From contig JAMWBK010000002.1 in assembly GCA_029953675.1 (NCBI GenBank), forward strand, positions 2,976,001-3,040,000: a DNA stretch of 64,000 bases. The letters run 5' to 3'. Made by a program: the position numbers and the translations under genes. A model generated the notes under the pieces. The model did not search any database. It was not told where the DNA came from and saw nothing but the letters and a program-made list of their open reading frames with translations. Shown here one piece after another: positions 36,260-49,196 of the stretch (position 1 is its first letter; every line of letters begins with the position of its first letter). The stretch is from Rhodosorus marinus CCMP1338 (lineage: Eukaryota; Plantae; Rhodophyta).

Positions 36260-38107
36260 TTTCTTGCTCCCTGCCCCTGAAAAATCCACACCAACCAAAG
36301 GTCCCAGAAACGCCCAAACCTAGCTCTGCTCAAGATCTTCAAAAGTAGCGGGTCGATCCTACCTCACCTTCGACCCAACGTAACAGTACACCAAACCTCA
36401 CCAGCTAATGACCTTCTATCAGGGTACTGCCGAGCTAAAACATCTTTCGCCTCATCGACCGTTTCGTCTCAGGGTAATCTCGGTGAGAGTCTATCGCCCG
36501 TTATCCCAAACGCAAATATAGAAATAAAAAGAAATTCATGGCAACCCTAACAGCAGATTGAGCAAGCATACATGTTCTAACCCCTACTATTGATCTCTAT
36601 AAGATGTATTCGATTCCAAAATAGGGGTTATGAAAAACGTACCAAACCAAAACGGGACAATACTGAGGAAATTATTTTAATATTGTGTATTGGTTTCGGG
36701 AATCGCTAAGATTTGGGTTTTGATGGGTTGCGAGGAATAGGAATCGTGTAAATCCCTAAAGGGGGTTTCAGAACTGAAATAATTGATAGGCTGCAGAAAA
36801 AATTGCTTTTCAATACCTAAAAAACTCCTCTGATTTGACTGTCAGGTTCACGTGGAGCTGTTTCGGAGCTTCATTGGATCGCCTGAAGGGTTTCAGCCAA
36901 TAGATTGTCCGAAAACAGTTGTGGGTTGCGTCTTTCTATAGTTTTGGATTTCAATGCTTTTTCATGCATGTTGACTACACAAAATACATGTTTTTGACGG
37001 TATTACGAAGAAATAGCCAATCATGTATGGAATAAGATCACGGGACGCCTCTTGGATTTTACACGTGTCCTATTGGCTGTTTATTTTGGAAAACGATTCT
37101 CGGAGACACAGTTAGTGAGTTCCAGTCTGGCGAGTTCAACTCCGCCACCCATGCTACATTTGCTCTCTCTGAGTCTGGCATGAGTGCGAATTGACTAAAG
37201 CAAACAAACTCTCAGCTGGCCGTTTATGAGGACGTGAGTTCCTGCAGGACGTTCGAAGTGGAAGGGCTAGTCTCCTACACGGATCGCTCCGTCAAATTGT
37301 CAAATCCAAATCAGAGCCGTCGAGCGCTTAGGAATTCCTCTTGGTTCTTGATGGCGTATAAAACACCAACCTCGTTACACCACCATCACCCTACGGAGTC
37401 GACCATAAAACAGCCCAGGCCCAATCTCGAGACGCAAGCACGCTCAAAAACGAAAGTGACAGAAGCTTCTGTTATGGCTTCGTCCCTGTGTTGCTTGTCC
37501 AAAATATGCGCACAATGAACTCATCTAAACCACCCAAGCCGGGCCAAGAGACTTGTACATCCAACGCAAAATTCTGTAGCCGCTTTCTTTTACGACGACT
37601 CGTTTGTGCGAAATTCCGATGACTGCTTATCACTACATCATCAATGGCTCCGCAGTCGAAACCGGCCATACTCTCCAGAATCTTTGCCCATCCTCTTGAC
37701 ACTGCCTCATGGTTTGCGAATCAAGAAGGATTACAGGTTTTTCTAAAGAAGATGGCAGGCTGCTACTACAAGGCTTCGAAAGCGTATTACTGGGGTCTTC
37801 GAGAGACCGAACAACTTCACGGCGACGGAGCACAGATAGACAAACCACGACTGTGAAATGCATGCAGGCATCTGCTACGTTCTTGCGTAAGCCATACCAG
37901 CGATATTAAGTCATGCCAGTGAACAACCCTGTCGCTATTTACGCATTGTGCCACTAGCGTCCAGAAACCGGAACGCTAATTGATTTTATAATGACTAGAC
38001 ATCAATCAAAATAAAACCATAATATTGAAAAAACCAATTAAGGTTCGCGGCGAGTCATAAAATAGTAGTTATTCATACTCTTTATTTCAAACCCAATGAT
38101 TTAGCTG

Positions 38108-38189
38108 CACCTGTCCAAATATTTTATCGAACTATTTACTTCCACCTGTCCCTACGCCTTTTAATCGTATTATATAGCTCCACCTGTCC
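38108..38189 (+). promoter_or_regulatory. Three copies of CACCTGTCC upstream of RPS13
   Basis: Exact 9-mer at 38108, 38143 and 38181 inside the AT-rich intergenic core. Confidence 0.45.
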
Positions 38190-38500
38190 TATTAGTTTTT
38201 CTATAATGAAATGAATTGTGGATGGCCCCCGACGGCGTCGCCGGATATGGATTGTTTTTAAGGGTGTTTGAGGAGGATGGCTTTGAAAAAAGAATGGAAT
38301 ATTGAAACTTGGGGGGGGGATGGGATTTTGGGAATTTGGTCGGTTCGTGTTCTTTGGGGGGGAAGAAGTCGTGGGGTAGATGTGGTCTGGGGAAGCAAGT
38401 TTGAAGGGAAGGAGGAGAAGAGCGTGAGAGGTTTGAGTATGTGTGTGGATTTTTGAAGAAGGAGGAGGTGTTGTCTGTGATCTACTTTTGTTTGAGTCAA

Positions 38501-39244
38501 GATGGGTCGTATGCACAGTAAAGGGTAAGTTGACTTTTCTTCTTTTTTTTTCTCTCTCTCTTTCGTCTTGTGGAAGGAGTGGGGAGGGGGGAATGACGGC
38601 GATTTGTTGATGGCGTTGAGTGGATTGGATTGTGTAATTTCGGTTGTAGTGGACCGTTTCGTTGGTTTTGGCTTTCGCTTTTGTTCTAATCTTTTTTGTT
38701 TGTCTTTGTTTTTGAGTAGAAAGGGGCTTGCGTCGTCGGCGCTGCCTTATAAGAGAACTCCACCAACGTGGGTGAGGATTTCGCAGCAGGAAGTGATTGA
38801 CCAGATCTGCCAGCATGCGAGGAAGGGTATGTTTCCGTCCATGATCGGTGTGTCGCTGAGGGATTCTAAGGGTGTCCCACAGGTGAGCTAGATTTTTGTG
38901 CCGTTTTCCTAAGCGTGTTGTGTTCAATCTTGAGAATTCTTCTTCTGAGAATGAGGGTAATCCTTTTATCGTTGTGCTTTTGTCAGGTGAAATCCGTCAC
39001 CGGCAACAAGATCCTGAGAATTTTGAAGGCTAATGGCCTGGCACCGGAGATTCCGGAGGATCTCTACTTCCTCATCAAGAAGGCGATCGCTGTTCGGAAG
39101 CATCTGCAGATTAACCGAAAGGACAAGGACTCCAAGTTCAGGCTAATTTTGATTGAGAGCAGAATCCACCGTCTCTCTCGCTATTACAAGTCTACAAAGC
39201 AGCTTCCCGCCAGCTGGAAGTACGGAACTGCTGTTATTGCCTAA
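38501..39244 (+). CDS. RPS13: 40S ribosomal protein S13 (uS15), 3 exons
   Basis: MGRMHSKG|[28 protein letters not shown] and [16 protein letters not shown]. Confidence 0.98.
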
Positions 39245-40334
39245 GGGGGATGCTACTCCTCCAAACACACGAATCCTAACACTACAGACACGGCCGAACG
39301 ATCTAGTTTTTACCTTTCCGGGTGCACAGTATGTCATTTATGAGATTGAGAGGGAGGTCAGCACTCTTGGTGAAACTGGTCCAAGCTTTTCCAATGCATG
39401 GAACCATTGGAAGCGAAAATAGAAAACTTAAATCAAAGTAAAAGAAGTCAAGATATAATCCACTCGTCTTCTCCATTCCTCGGGATGACCAGAGTCCCGA
39501 TCGTCTGTGCTCGAAGCATGCCTGCAGGCTCTAGACCTTCTAGGTAGCTTCAAGAACATACTTTACGGCTTCACTGAATCCTAACATATCTCTTTTGCTG
39601 TGCCTTGTATATCCTTTCTCCAAGATCTCTGTCGTGACATGATGTCTTGAAACAAGGTCATGCTAAAGAAGGCAAGTTAGGATTCAGTAGCGAGAGATAT
39701 TCTTGAAGCTATCTCGGCTAACTCAACAAAGCTCTTATGGGAGGAAGTAGACGGCTCCTGAATGCAGTTCTGTCGAAAGATGGAACTTCGGTCCAGAGCT
39801 GGGCAAGGTCTCAGCCAGTCTCGACGAAGACTAGAGAGGAGTTTTCGCCACAGTTTTTCAGCTCTTATAGTAACAGCTTGGTGGAGCGCAGGGGCGCACA
39901 AAAAAAATCATGATGCTGACCTTTCATCATCGGAGCCGATGGCCAGACCGAGAAAAAAGGAGCCAATCAAGTCTCATGGCTGCTGTGCATCAATCTCGCA
40001 TGAACATAAGAGCTTTTTCAATGCGGACAGCTTTCGTTTTGTGTTAGAGTAACTATAAGACTAGCCATCAAATACCAAGCTAAAAATCTACTGCCGGAGG
40101 TGATGCCCAGCTTAAATGCCACCAGGCTGTCAGGAGCGCTTACTAGCGGAGGAGTGCTATGAAATCGAGCTGATGTGGAAGGAGTGACAGTAAATGCTGC
40201 TGATAAAAGGACGTGACTGAAATATGGGGAAAGACTGACCAGTAGGAAGAAGTGCTGAGAGCTTATTTAATGTTTTCGTTCTGTTTTGGTTGATGGAATA
40301 AGAAAATTTGTATGCCGACAAATTTGCTCAAGAG

Positions 40335-41165
40335 ATGGGAGAGGAAGGAGGAGGTTCTGGACCTGACGGAGGGGGAGAGGAGGTGAGGGCCGGAGAGGAT
40401 CGAGCGGAGTTATCTGGGTTGTTTAAGAAGAAGAAAAGCTCGAAGAAACGGTTACGATCAAGAGGGGTTGAGGACGTCAGTAAGGAAGATGAAGAGGACA
40501 ATGAGAATAAGAAAGGAGAAAGCCCCGCAGAGGTTGGGTAAGTGTTTTTTTGCTTGCTTTTTTGTTTTGTTCTGTTCTGTGTATCTTCTATACGAGTGGG
40601 AAGGGTTTGTGTGGATCGCCTCTGATTGTGATTTCTTCCGTTTCCATGTTATTGGTGAAGGGAGAACCTTGCACCGTTGCTTGAAGCTCAGAAGTTGAGA
40701 CAGAGACAACGTAGGTGGACAGCTGACGCTTCACAAGCAGTTTCTGGGATTCCGAAACACGCTGTTGAGGATGAAGAGGAGGCCCTAGTAGTCGGTTTGA
40801 GGACGAACTTTGCAACGGAGCGTGAAGATGAGGATCTGGAGCAGCAGCTTGAAAAGTACATTGATGATCAAATGGTAGCGAAGGGATACACCGTCGCCAA
40901 GGGAGGTCTCGTTTCAGCTCCGGCGAACCCTGAGGATGAACTCTACCACGTGCCGGAGGCGCTTCGCGTGGAAAAACGAACAGCATACGATCCTGGCGAG
41001 GGGCTACCGGCGGCTGGACTTGAGGAGGTTGATATCGATGATGAAGCCAGGAAACGCAGCCATATGAAAACTGAAGAGGCGGTTAAGGACCTTCCAGGCT
41101 CGCGAACAGCGAAAGCCACAGATCATATCGTCGCGGAGCACTTCAGAAAACGTTTCAGAAGATAA
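40335..41165 (+). CDS. C9orf78/Tls1-like splicing-associated protein, 2 exons
   Basis: NFATE...LEKYIDDQM, EDELYHVPEAL, LEEVDI and C-terminal KATDHIVAEHFRKRFRR match recalled C9orf78 motifs. Confidence 0.78.
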
Positions 41166-41319
41166 TAGCTGTGGACCGGCCGGACAACTCTCGTCCCCAG
41201 CAGCCTTTCGGTTTTCGTTTCAAATTTTGTATTATAATAAACTCCTAGAGGTAAAGGGATTAACAAGCCAAAGCCCCCCCCCCGCCCCCACCAACTCCTC
41301 CCACCCCACAACGAGCAAA

Positions 41320-44300
41320 TCAGTTCAGCTGAAAGTTAGAAGCAAACCCTGCATTCCCAAGTTCTGCAGGCTTAGCTTTAACATCCATCGGCTCCGGCGA
41401 TGGCAACGGAGACGGTACCAGTTCCGCCTTTGTTTTAGGGCTAGTTTTTGGACTGCTCTTGATCGACCCCTCATCTTTGGTAGACGATACCTCTTCCTTC
41501 CTCACCAGTTCTTCTGCCTCCCGAATCCGGGGCTCGAGCTCGCGAACTTTGTTCTCGGCTACTTGTAACATAAGCTGAGCATGCTGAATGACCCATTGGG
41601 TCTCAGCGGTTGTGTTAAACTTCTCTGCGTTCTCAACCATAAGCTTCATGTCCGAAAGGAACATGTCCGATGACTTGTAGTGGTACGGTGGTTGCGTACA
41701 TCGAATTCTCATCAGGTTCAAGTACATCTGCTCCTTGACAACAGCACCGTAGGCAGGAACGTTCTTCACCGGAGTGGTAAAGTCCAGCCCTTGTGGTGAA
41801 CGACAAACGTTTTGTGTTGGGTTTTCAACGCTGCACAGTAATAATATCGTCTAGGCTAAAGAATACATGATGTGAGTGCTTACCTGTATCTTGTGGTGTA
41901 GCCAAATTCTTGGCTCCATGAGGGACAGGTTCATCGGGGTCCACGAGTTTGATGACCAGGTTGGGCTCTGTTTCGGCAATATAACCTTGTGCGTTTCTTA
42001 CTTCCCTTTCGACTCGTGCGAGAATCTCATTCAGGATCACCATACCATTCCGCGTTCGTCTCGTCTTGTCTGATCGATTTCCTGAGTGATGAAATGCCGC
42101 AGGGCGATTCCCGTTATTTCGACAGAAATCGTTTCGCCATCTGCACATTAATTTTGGAACTTGAAAACTGCAAAAACTTACGAGGAACTTTTCTGGGAGT
42201 GAATTCCGCCTCGTCACCGTATTGGGTCCTTTGACGGCGTTTCGCTGCTGCTTCCTCAGCCTCCTCAATAAACTTCCTATCGATCTTGATCTTGACCTTC
42301 TTCCCCTGGCTATCTGTTTTGACGCCCTTTGACGGCTGCTCGGCATTTGCAGATCCTTTCATGACACTCTTCCCAGCTTTCGTTGCTTTTGATATCTTTT
42401 GGAGCCCAATTGAGATCTTGAGGGGATTAGCGCTCTTCTTCTCCTCCTTAAGGGCATGGCTACCCGTTTCACCCTTCGTCTTTCCATGTTCGCCCTTAAG
42501 CTTCTTCGCCCGAAGCGCCTGCTGGTTTCTAATCCTCTCAATTTCGGCTGGTTCAGTGACATACCTTCCAGAAAAGAAACAAGAAAATAAACAGATCAGA
42601 AGCAGTTTTAGGTCAACAAACCGCTTCGACACAGATTGAAAATTTTCTTTCCATACGAGCAAAAGCTCTTCGTACCTCACTTCAGTGATTTCTTCTCCCT
42701 GGGCGTTCTTGACCTTCTTCGTAACCTTGAACTTTTTGATCTTCTTGGTTGCAGTCGGCTTTGATTGCTCCTTCGTTTCTCCTCCTTTCTCTTTCGCATG
42801 TCTGTTAGTTCCATGAACGAATTGGCCAAAGCGCGTTGCGGTCAGCTCAGACTCAGTTCGTTCGAAGTCCAAATGGAGAGCGAAAGTGGAGGGGTCTGCC
42901 TTACCCTTTCCTCTGTGAGCTGAAGGCGGGTTTCTCAGCCGAGGATTTTTCGACCGGTGGGGCAGGATCCTTTTTCTTAGGCTTCTCGCTAGCCAGTTTG
43001 CTGAATGAAGTCGCGTCATAGTAGCGAAGCTTGGATTTCTCGTCATCCGCGTGAATATCGCTGAAGTTTCCTGCGAACGCTTTGAGCTGCGCTTCAAGAG
43101 GAATGACCCGAAGTCCGTACGATTCCGAGGCCTGGGTTCCTCCAGATGCTTTGTCGCCTGTGGACGCAGCAGCTGCAGTGGCAGCCTTTGAATAGGCAGT
43201 TCTGTGTCTCGCGATAACATCCTGTACAATCGCAGGAAAGTCTACCTCTTCTGGAGTAGATCCTTTGCCGCGCTTCATTGGCTGAGCTCGTAGCAAGTCC
43301 CTCCTTCCCTCAAGATCTGCTGGTATCTTCTTTTGTGGAACCTGTCAAACGGTTGTTCCAAGCCAAACGAATCCCGTCCATCGTCAGCAAAGGACAAACC
43401 TCTAGCGCTGCAGTCAACTTCGAGCAGCTTCATCACCTTGTAGAAGGAAGTCAGAAGGTTGAAGCAGTCTTCAGAAGACATTTGGGCCAACCTCGACTCA
43501 GCAGCGGATCCGCCTTCAGAAAGATCGTTTGCAGCTCGAGCCCTAGTCAACGCGCTGTTGAGCTGTGTCCTATAGGATTTCATCGCGTCAATCATCTGAG
43601 ATGACCGATACCTGTTTTCTCAGAACCAAAAAGTTCGTCCATGCTGAGTCTCACACACTTCCAAACAGCGGATAAGCTTTTGATTGATTTCGAAATACCA
43701 TGGAGTCTGAACGAGTTGCTGCCGGATAAACTCCGCCACCGGACGACCCATGTTGAGCCCTGTTTTCTCCGACACGGCTAGTATGTTTCCCTGCGAAGTT
43801 GGATGAGTGAAGATAGTAATGCCCAGCCTAATCAGGGCCTCCCAGCCCGCCTCCATGGCTTCGAATGCACATGTTTCCTCAGGAGTAATCGTTCGCAGCT
43901 TGTCAGCTTCCATAGCAGGAAAACCCTGGTAGCATCAGACGAAAAGGCGTTCTCTTCGTAAGGGTCCATTTGCAGTTCCGGAATACATCAAACGAGCTCT
44001 TTCTCCGATAGCTAGGAGTGTGTACGCCCGTGATCGCTTAAGAAGCCCAGTTTTGGTATTTCCAAGTGATACTAGTGACCCGATGGGGCATCTGGAGGAG
44101 TCTTCAGCCAGATAAAGCAGCAAAAATAGGGCACTACTGGAGTCGCCTACCTTTGCCGGTTCCGACATGATGTAAGTACCTCCTTCGAATATCGAAACCT
44201 CTTTCAAAATTTTTGGTAGGGACGTTTGTGGGTACGTTCTCCTCCTCGTGAACGCGGCCGCAAGCTCCGGACGCTTCAATCCAACTGGTTCTATCCCTTT

Positions 44301-47300
44301 TCTCTTCTTTCGTTCGAACTCTCGCAGAATCCAGAGAAGGACATTGTCATGAGCGTATTTCTTGAACCTGTCGGTGTTCGGTGCCATAACCTCAAACCGC
44401 GGTTCCGTAGCTCCAATCTATGCGTCCAGGATAGCCAAGAACTTGATTATCAGTCGATGAATACGGGTACGCGTTCTTACATCCTTTGCCTCTGAGCGCA
44501 AAAAGGTCTTACCGCAACGACTTCGTCAATCTCCCTAACGTAGTACTGGTTGTCCTTCACGACGACGAGGAAGTCAGTCGACGCTGGGGAAGCCGATTGA
44601 CATGGCGCAGCGTAAAGAGTTGATTCCACTATCGATATGGGCGTTCCATCTGGAGGGAGGTCTCCAGCGTACAGGGGAGGAGCATCGTCTTTTGCCAAGT
44701 GCATAATGTCGGTCTTCGGCGCGTTCAGGCCAGCAGAGTGTTCGCTGGGATTTTGCCCATCCGCAGCAGCGCGCTTTTTTCTGCGCGCGTAGGTAATAAT
44801 TCGAGAGGCCATCCCCATTAAAGGGATGGTCGCCGGGAGGCGCTCTAGAGCGTACTCAAAGAGATAGACCCTAAACGCATCTTTGGCAGCACAAGACAAG
44901 TCCGATCTGTTTGCACAAGCGACCCTACTTTTAGCGGGACCAACACTCCTGGACGAGCATCATTCTATTCGGATGCTTGTGTGAGAATCGGATATTCTTC
45001 GAACCTCTTCTTTGGGACCTGTCCAGCAATCTGCATCATGCCTCCTTTCGGTCTCTTCCGTCTCATAGTATTCAACGGATACGCGTGATTATATCTACTA
45101 GGACTAAACACCGGTCTGTGAAAATTGGTTAAATATTCATCCGACGGGACGCTGTCCGATGTCCTAGCTTTTACACAAGGTGGAGCATGGTGCAGGCCTA
45201 GAACAACAAAGGAGAAGAAGAATTAGTAGCAACCATTACGAGGATGAGCAAGCTCATCCCGGCGACCATTGGCTGCCTTCTTCAGTTCCGGCAAGAGATA
45301 GAGTACCTCGCAGTACGCTCTGACGGTCTACCCTACGCCCTCTGACCGTGTTCCCGTAGAAGTAGTACTTGTCGTTCGATATATTGAACGGGTCGACAGT
45401 GGCCTCTCCCCAATGGCGATTGCCAGCCGTTCCATTCATCAGTCCCAATTGCTGACCGTTCTCATCTTCATCTACGGGCTCCAAGCTCAAGTTTCGGTCG
45501 TTTAGGTCAAGCCAAAGCCTTGATAAACTCCGCACAGCATCTTGACGACAAAAAAAGCTTGATCTTAGTGGAAATGAACTGGAAACCATCATGCAATTCG
45601 CAGGTAGCCGAAAGCGAGCAGCATTCGGATCCCTACCTGCTACAGCAGTCTCTTGCTCGCTTTCTGATGCCCATTGAATGGCTTGCATCCACTCGTCGGC
45701 TTGCAAATCTTCATTCACGGCAAACGCTTTTGGTACAACTCGAGAGGAATCCACAGTACCATCAAGGCTGAACTTCACAATCGACGTTGCGTCGCCTTCG
45801 TGATGAGGAAGGCAAGGAAATAACCAGCAAGTCAGAATGTGCGCGTATGCAACATTTCAATTCGAGTCCGTCTTGACATCTGCCGCGCAACGCAACCCCG
45901 TTTGAAGAATACGATATGCGCACCTGATTCTTGGGCGGACTTTGTATTCCCGCCTTGTGTTACCTTCTCGTCTCGCTTTAAGTGTCCATTGCCGGGAGTC
46001 AAGTCCTCGGTTTCTTTAGACGCCTCCTCAACTTCCATGGGGATGCTCCCGTCCTTATTTACACCGGGGAGGTTGTTATCCCCGTTAGCACCGCCTTTTA
46101 TATCTTCGTTGCTATCTATCCACACATCGTCTTCCTCCCATTCTAAGTCATCGTCAGCATCCTGTGCTTTCGACGGAGGAGGGGTAGACAGCTCCTCGCT
46201 ATCATCTGACCAATGAATCTTCTCTTCCCATGGATACTGCACAAGCAGGCTACTAGTCTCAGCAAGTGCTTTATGTACATCGGCCAACTTTCCCGGAGCT
46301 AGCTTAAGCGGTCGTCCGCTATCGGTGTCCTGCTGCTCGTCACCGGACCTACGGCGAGATGAAATCGATGAGGAACTCAAGGAAAGGAGATCCAAGATTC
46401 AGGCTAAACTCCGGAGGAGGACTCACATTGAGTCCATCTGCGTGACATCTTCGTCAACGTTCAAGCCTTCAGAGTCGTTTTGAAGAAAAACTTGAATGGG
46501 ATCTTCCTTGGGCGACCGCGGTAACGCGTTCAGCTCCTCAGCATCATCCTCCTCAACAAGTTTTTGCTCAGCTGGGGTGACCTTGGGGTTGACCCCAAGT
46601 CGTTGACGTTTTGGAACCGTTGGAACCTGCGGCTGAGGGAGCAGAAACAGCTGAATCACACAAACAAGGAAAACACCAAGAACTCAGTAAAGGGTGCTTC
46701 TGATACAGGTGGTGTTACTAGAGGTCTAGTAGGGGTCGCCCCGACGTGCGCATATGTTCTTTTCGGACAGGCTGAAACAACGGCGTACTCTGGTGAACCG
46801 CAGAATGTCATTCGGATCGATCTTCTGAAGCGGTATTTTCGGTCGTTGTGGTTTCTGCTGCTCCGTAGCGGCGGCCGGCTTGTCCTCGCCTGCTAATGGG
46901 AAGGCTGGTGGGGCGGCTGGTTTAACATCCACCATGGGAGTGGCCTTGGATTTGACATCCTCAGATTCAGGTTCCTCCTCATCGTAGTCTTCGTCTTCTT
47001 CCGCCGTGGGCCTTTCGGCCTTCTTAGATCTTTCTAGGGCGAGATTTATCAGTCTTTGCTTGTCCTCTTGTTCAAACTCATCGCTTAGCTCATCGTCGCC
47101 AACGTCTGCGTAGTCCACAGCTGAAAAGCGAAAACATAGTGGCTGTTAAAAAAAGACGCCTCTTGGGGTTCGTAAAATGGAAACCGCAAGACATGAGCAT
47201 GTTGCCCTACCGTCAGCGGCATGAGCAACGACTTCATCTTCTTCTTCATCATAGTCATCTTGCTCCTCAGTATTCGCCTTTGTGATGTTCGTTGCAACTG

Positions 47301-47478
47301 TCTGAAGTTCCTGATTACCACCGGCAAGAGTCAACCCAACACTGGAAAGGTGTTCTTTTGCCTCAACTTCCAGGTAGTCAGCTCCTTCCAATCGGCCCCT
47401 CTCATCAATGTTCCCGAAGAGGAAATTAGCAGCCGCAGCCTCGAACTTGTCGCCACGGTGTTCCTCATCTTCTTCCAT
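41320..47478 (-). CDS. TAF1: TFIID subunit TAF1 with one C-terminal bromodomain, multi-exon
   Basis: TAND-like NFLFGNIDERGRLE, DUF3591-like segments (STLYAAP, TPEETCAFEAMEAG, QLVQTPW) and bromodomain FLSDMKLMVENAEKFN. Confidence 0.93.
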
Positions 47479-49196
47479 CGTCAATGTAGCTCTGGGCGGG
47501 CGGCAAAATCACACTCACGCGATGCCTAACCCTTCCCAAAAAGATCAGAACGAAAGCCACGCCCAAACAAAACTATCCGAATCCCTTCATCAATCGACAT
47601 TTCATTGAATGATCCTCATCGTTTTCTTATTCGATACCCCAAAAAGAGTCGAATCCAACTTGACAAGACGCACCCAGTCCGATCTTCGTTGTCCTCAGGC
47701 AACCTTGAACAGCCAAACGGATATAGTCTACCAGACGCACGATCTCACCCGCAAATCCTTAAAAAATTCGAATCAGTTCCAAACGCGTGTCCTAATCTAC
47801 AATGCTTTCAAGAAGTACTGGAACCTCTTCTGAACATACTTTCTACCCATTCTCCTCCTCCAAGCATCCCCAAAGTCCATCTGAGTATGAATCAGTATGA
47901 ATCTTCTTCATGAAATATTTTCTTCTCAAAGTGAAATCAACGCCAACATATTGTTCATATTAATTAAATAAAATCGACTATTCAGTCCTTTTCTTTTTAG
48001 ATGCCCATTTATACGCAATTATGACACTTGTAATCTATTTTCTTTGAATATTTGATTTTTGTTCAGTTTTTCATTAATATCTAGAATAGATCAGTCATTA
48101 TTTATTGTCTAACTGTCATGTTTATTTTTCTTTGGTCTATGAAAGCGATATTTATTATTTAATAGTGGAATAAATTAGATGATGACTGAAGTACATCCAC
48201 GAACCGGAGAGCCATGTTGGCTATATGGAACGAAGAAGACGGACGACCCGTCCGGTTAACATACCGATGGAACCGGAGTTCAATACAGAAGGCCAGATCG
48301 ACAGTTTCCACCTGTTCCTTCAAACGTAGATGAATCCGGTGGCATCTATGCCAAACCATAACTCAGAACCATACGGACGACTTGAAAGGTCTTGATGTTT
48401 GATCATGAAGCATCACTATAGTTCTACAAAAGAGAACAGCTCAGAGGCTACGAGCGATGAGCTTGAACTCCCGATAAAACATCAAACCTTTGAAGTCGTT
48501 CGGTTCTCAGTCATCGTTTGCGTAGATGATTGTTGGCCATGAATTGTGACTCTATCATTTGCTACCTCGCGATTTTGTCTCTTCCGAGGCATGTGCTCCT
48601 TTGAGCTAGCCTAAAAGAGGACAGTGGGTCTCTAAGACCAAGGCCGCATTGGAACGCTACCTCGTAAGGATCAACGAAGAGAGGAAACGCGAGAGTGTCT
48701 CATCAAGATCGTGAAAACGTTTCGGAAGCCAGGTCGCCCCGGAGCTCTCTCAACTAACCCAAAGACCTAAGAACAAGTGGAACGATTCGCTGTGATAGAA
48801 CCAACTGCAGGGTGGTGACGTTCATAAGAGCCTCCGAGTACTCTACCACCTTGTGGCAGCAAATGATGCGAGCAGCTGCACCCCGCTCTCCAGTCGAAGA
48901 AGACAAAGAACGCGAGGCGGGCGGACTTTGGGAGAGTTAGGTCTGAGTATGTGTTGCTGAGGCCGAGGATTCATTAAGCTATCCATCCACGAGGTCCGTT
49001 AGAATTTGCAGGACACCTGTCCAGCCGAAAACTACTAATATTCATATACACGCAAAAACTACTGAAATACTATACTCTTTGTTTAGGCTTTTCACAGTGA
49101 ACGGGTTTGTTGGGGCTATGTATTCGTTGGATTGAAATCAATTTATTCGTATGTTTTAGATTAGCTATAATTGGATATATGATGGCAGTGGTGTTC

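Noticed and set aside
38524-38717. Intronic snoRNA in RPS13 intron 1
   Set aside because: No convincing C (RTGATGA) and D (CTGA) box pair or H/ACA structure is visible.
38136-38927. 263-aa minus-strand ORF
   Set aside because: It is antisense to the RPS13 leader, intron and exon, and its composition reflects the G/T skew.
39516-39535. GCATGCCTGCAGG-CTCTAGA resembling the pUC polylinker (SphI-PstI-XbaI)
   Set aside because: The SalI site is missing, the flanks are not vector-like and the match is only 20 nt, so it is treated as coincidence. A VecScreen search would settle it.
27659-47478. TAF11 and TAF1 within 20 kb as a TFIID gene cluster
   Set aside because: They are separated by several unrelated genes, and chance proximity is plausible in a compact genome.
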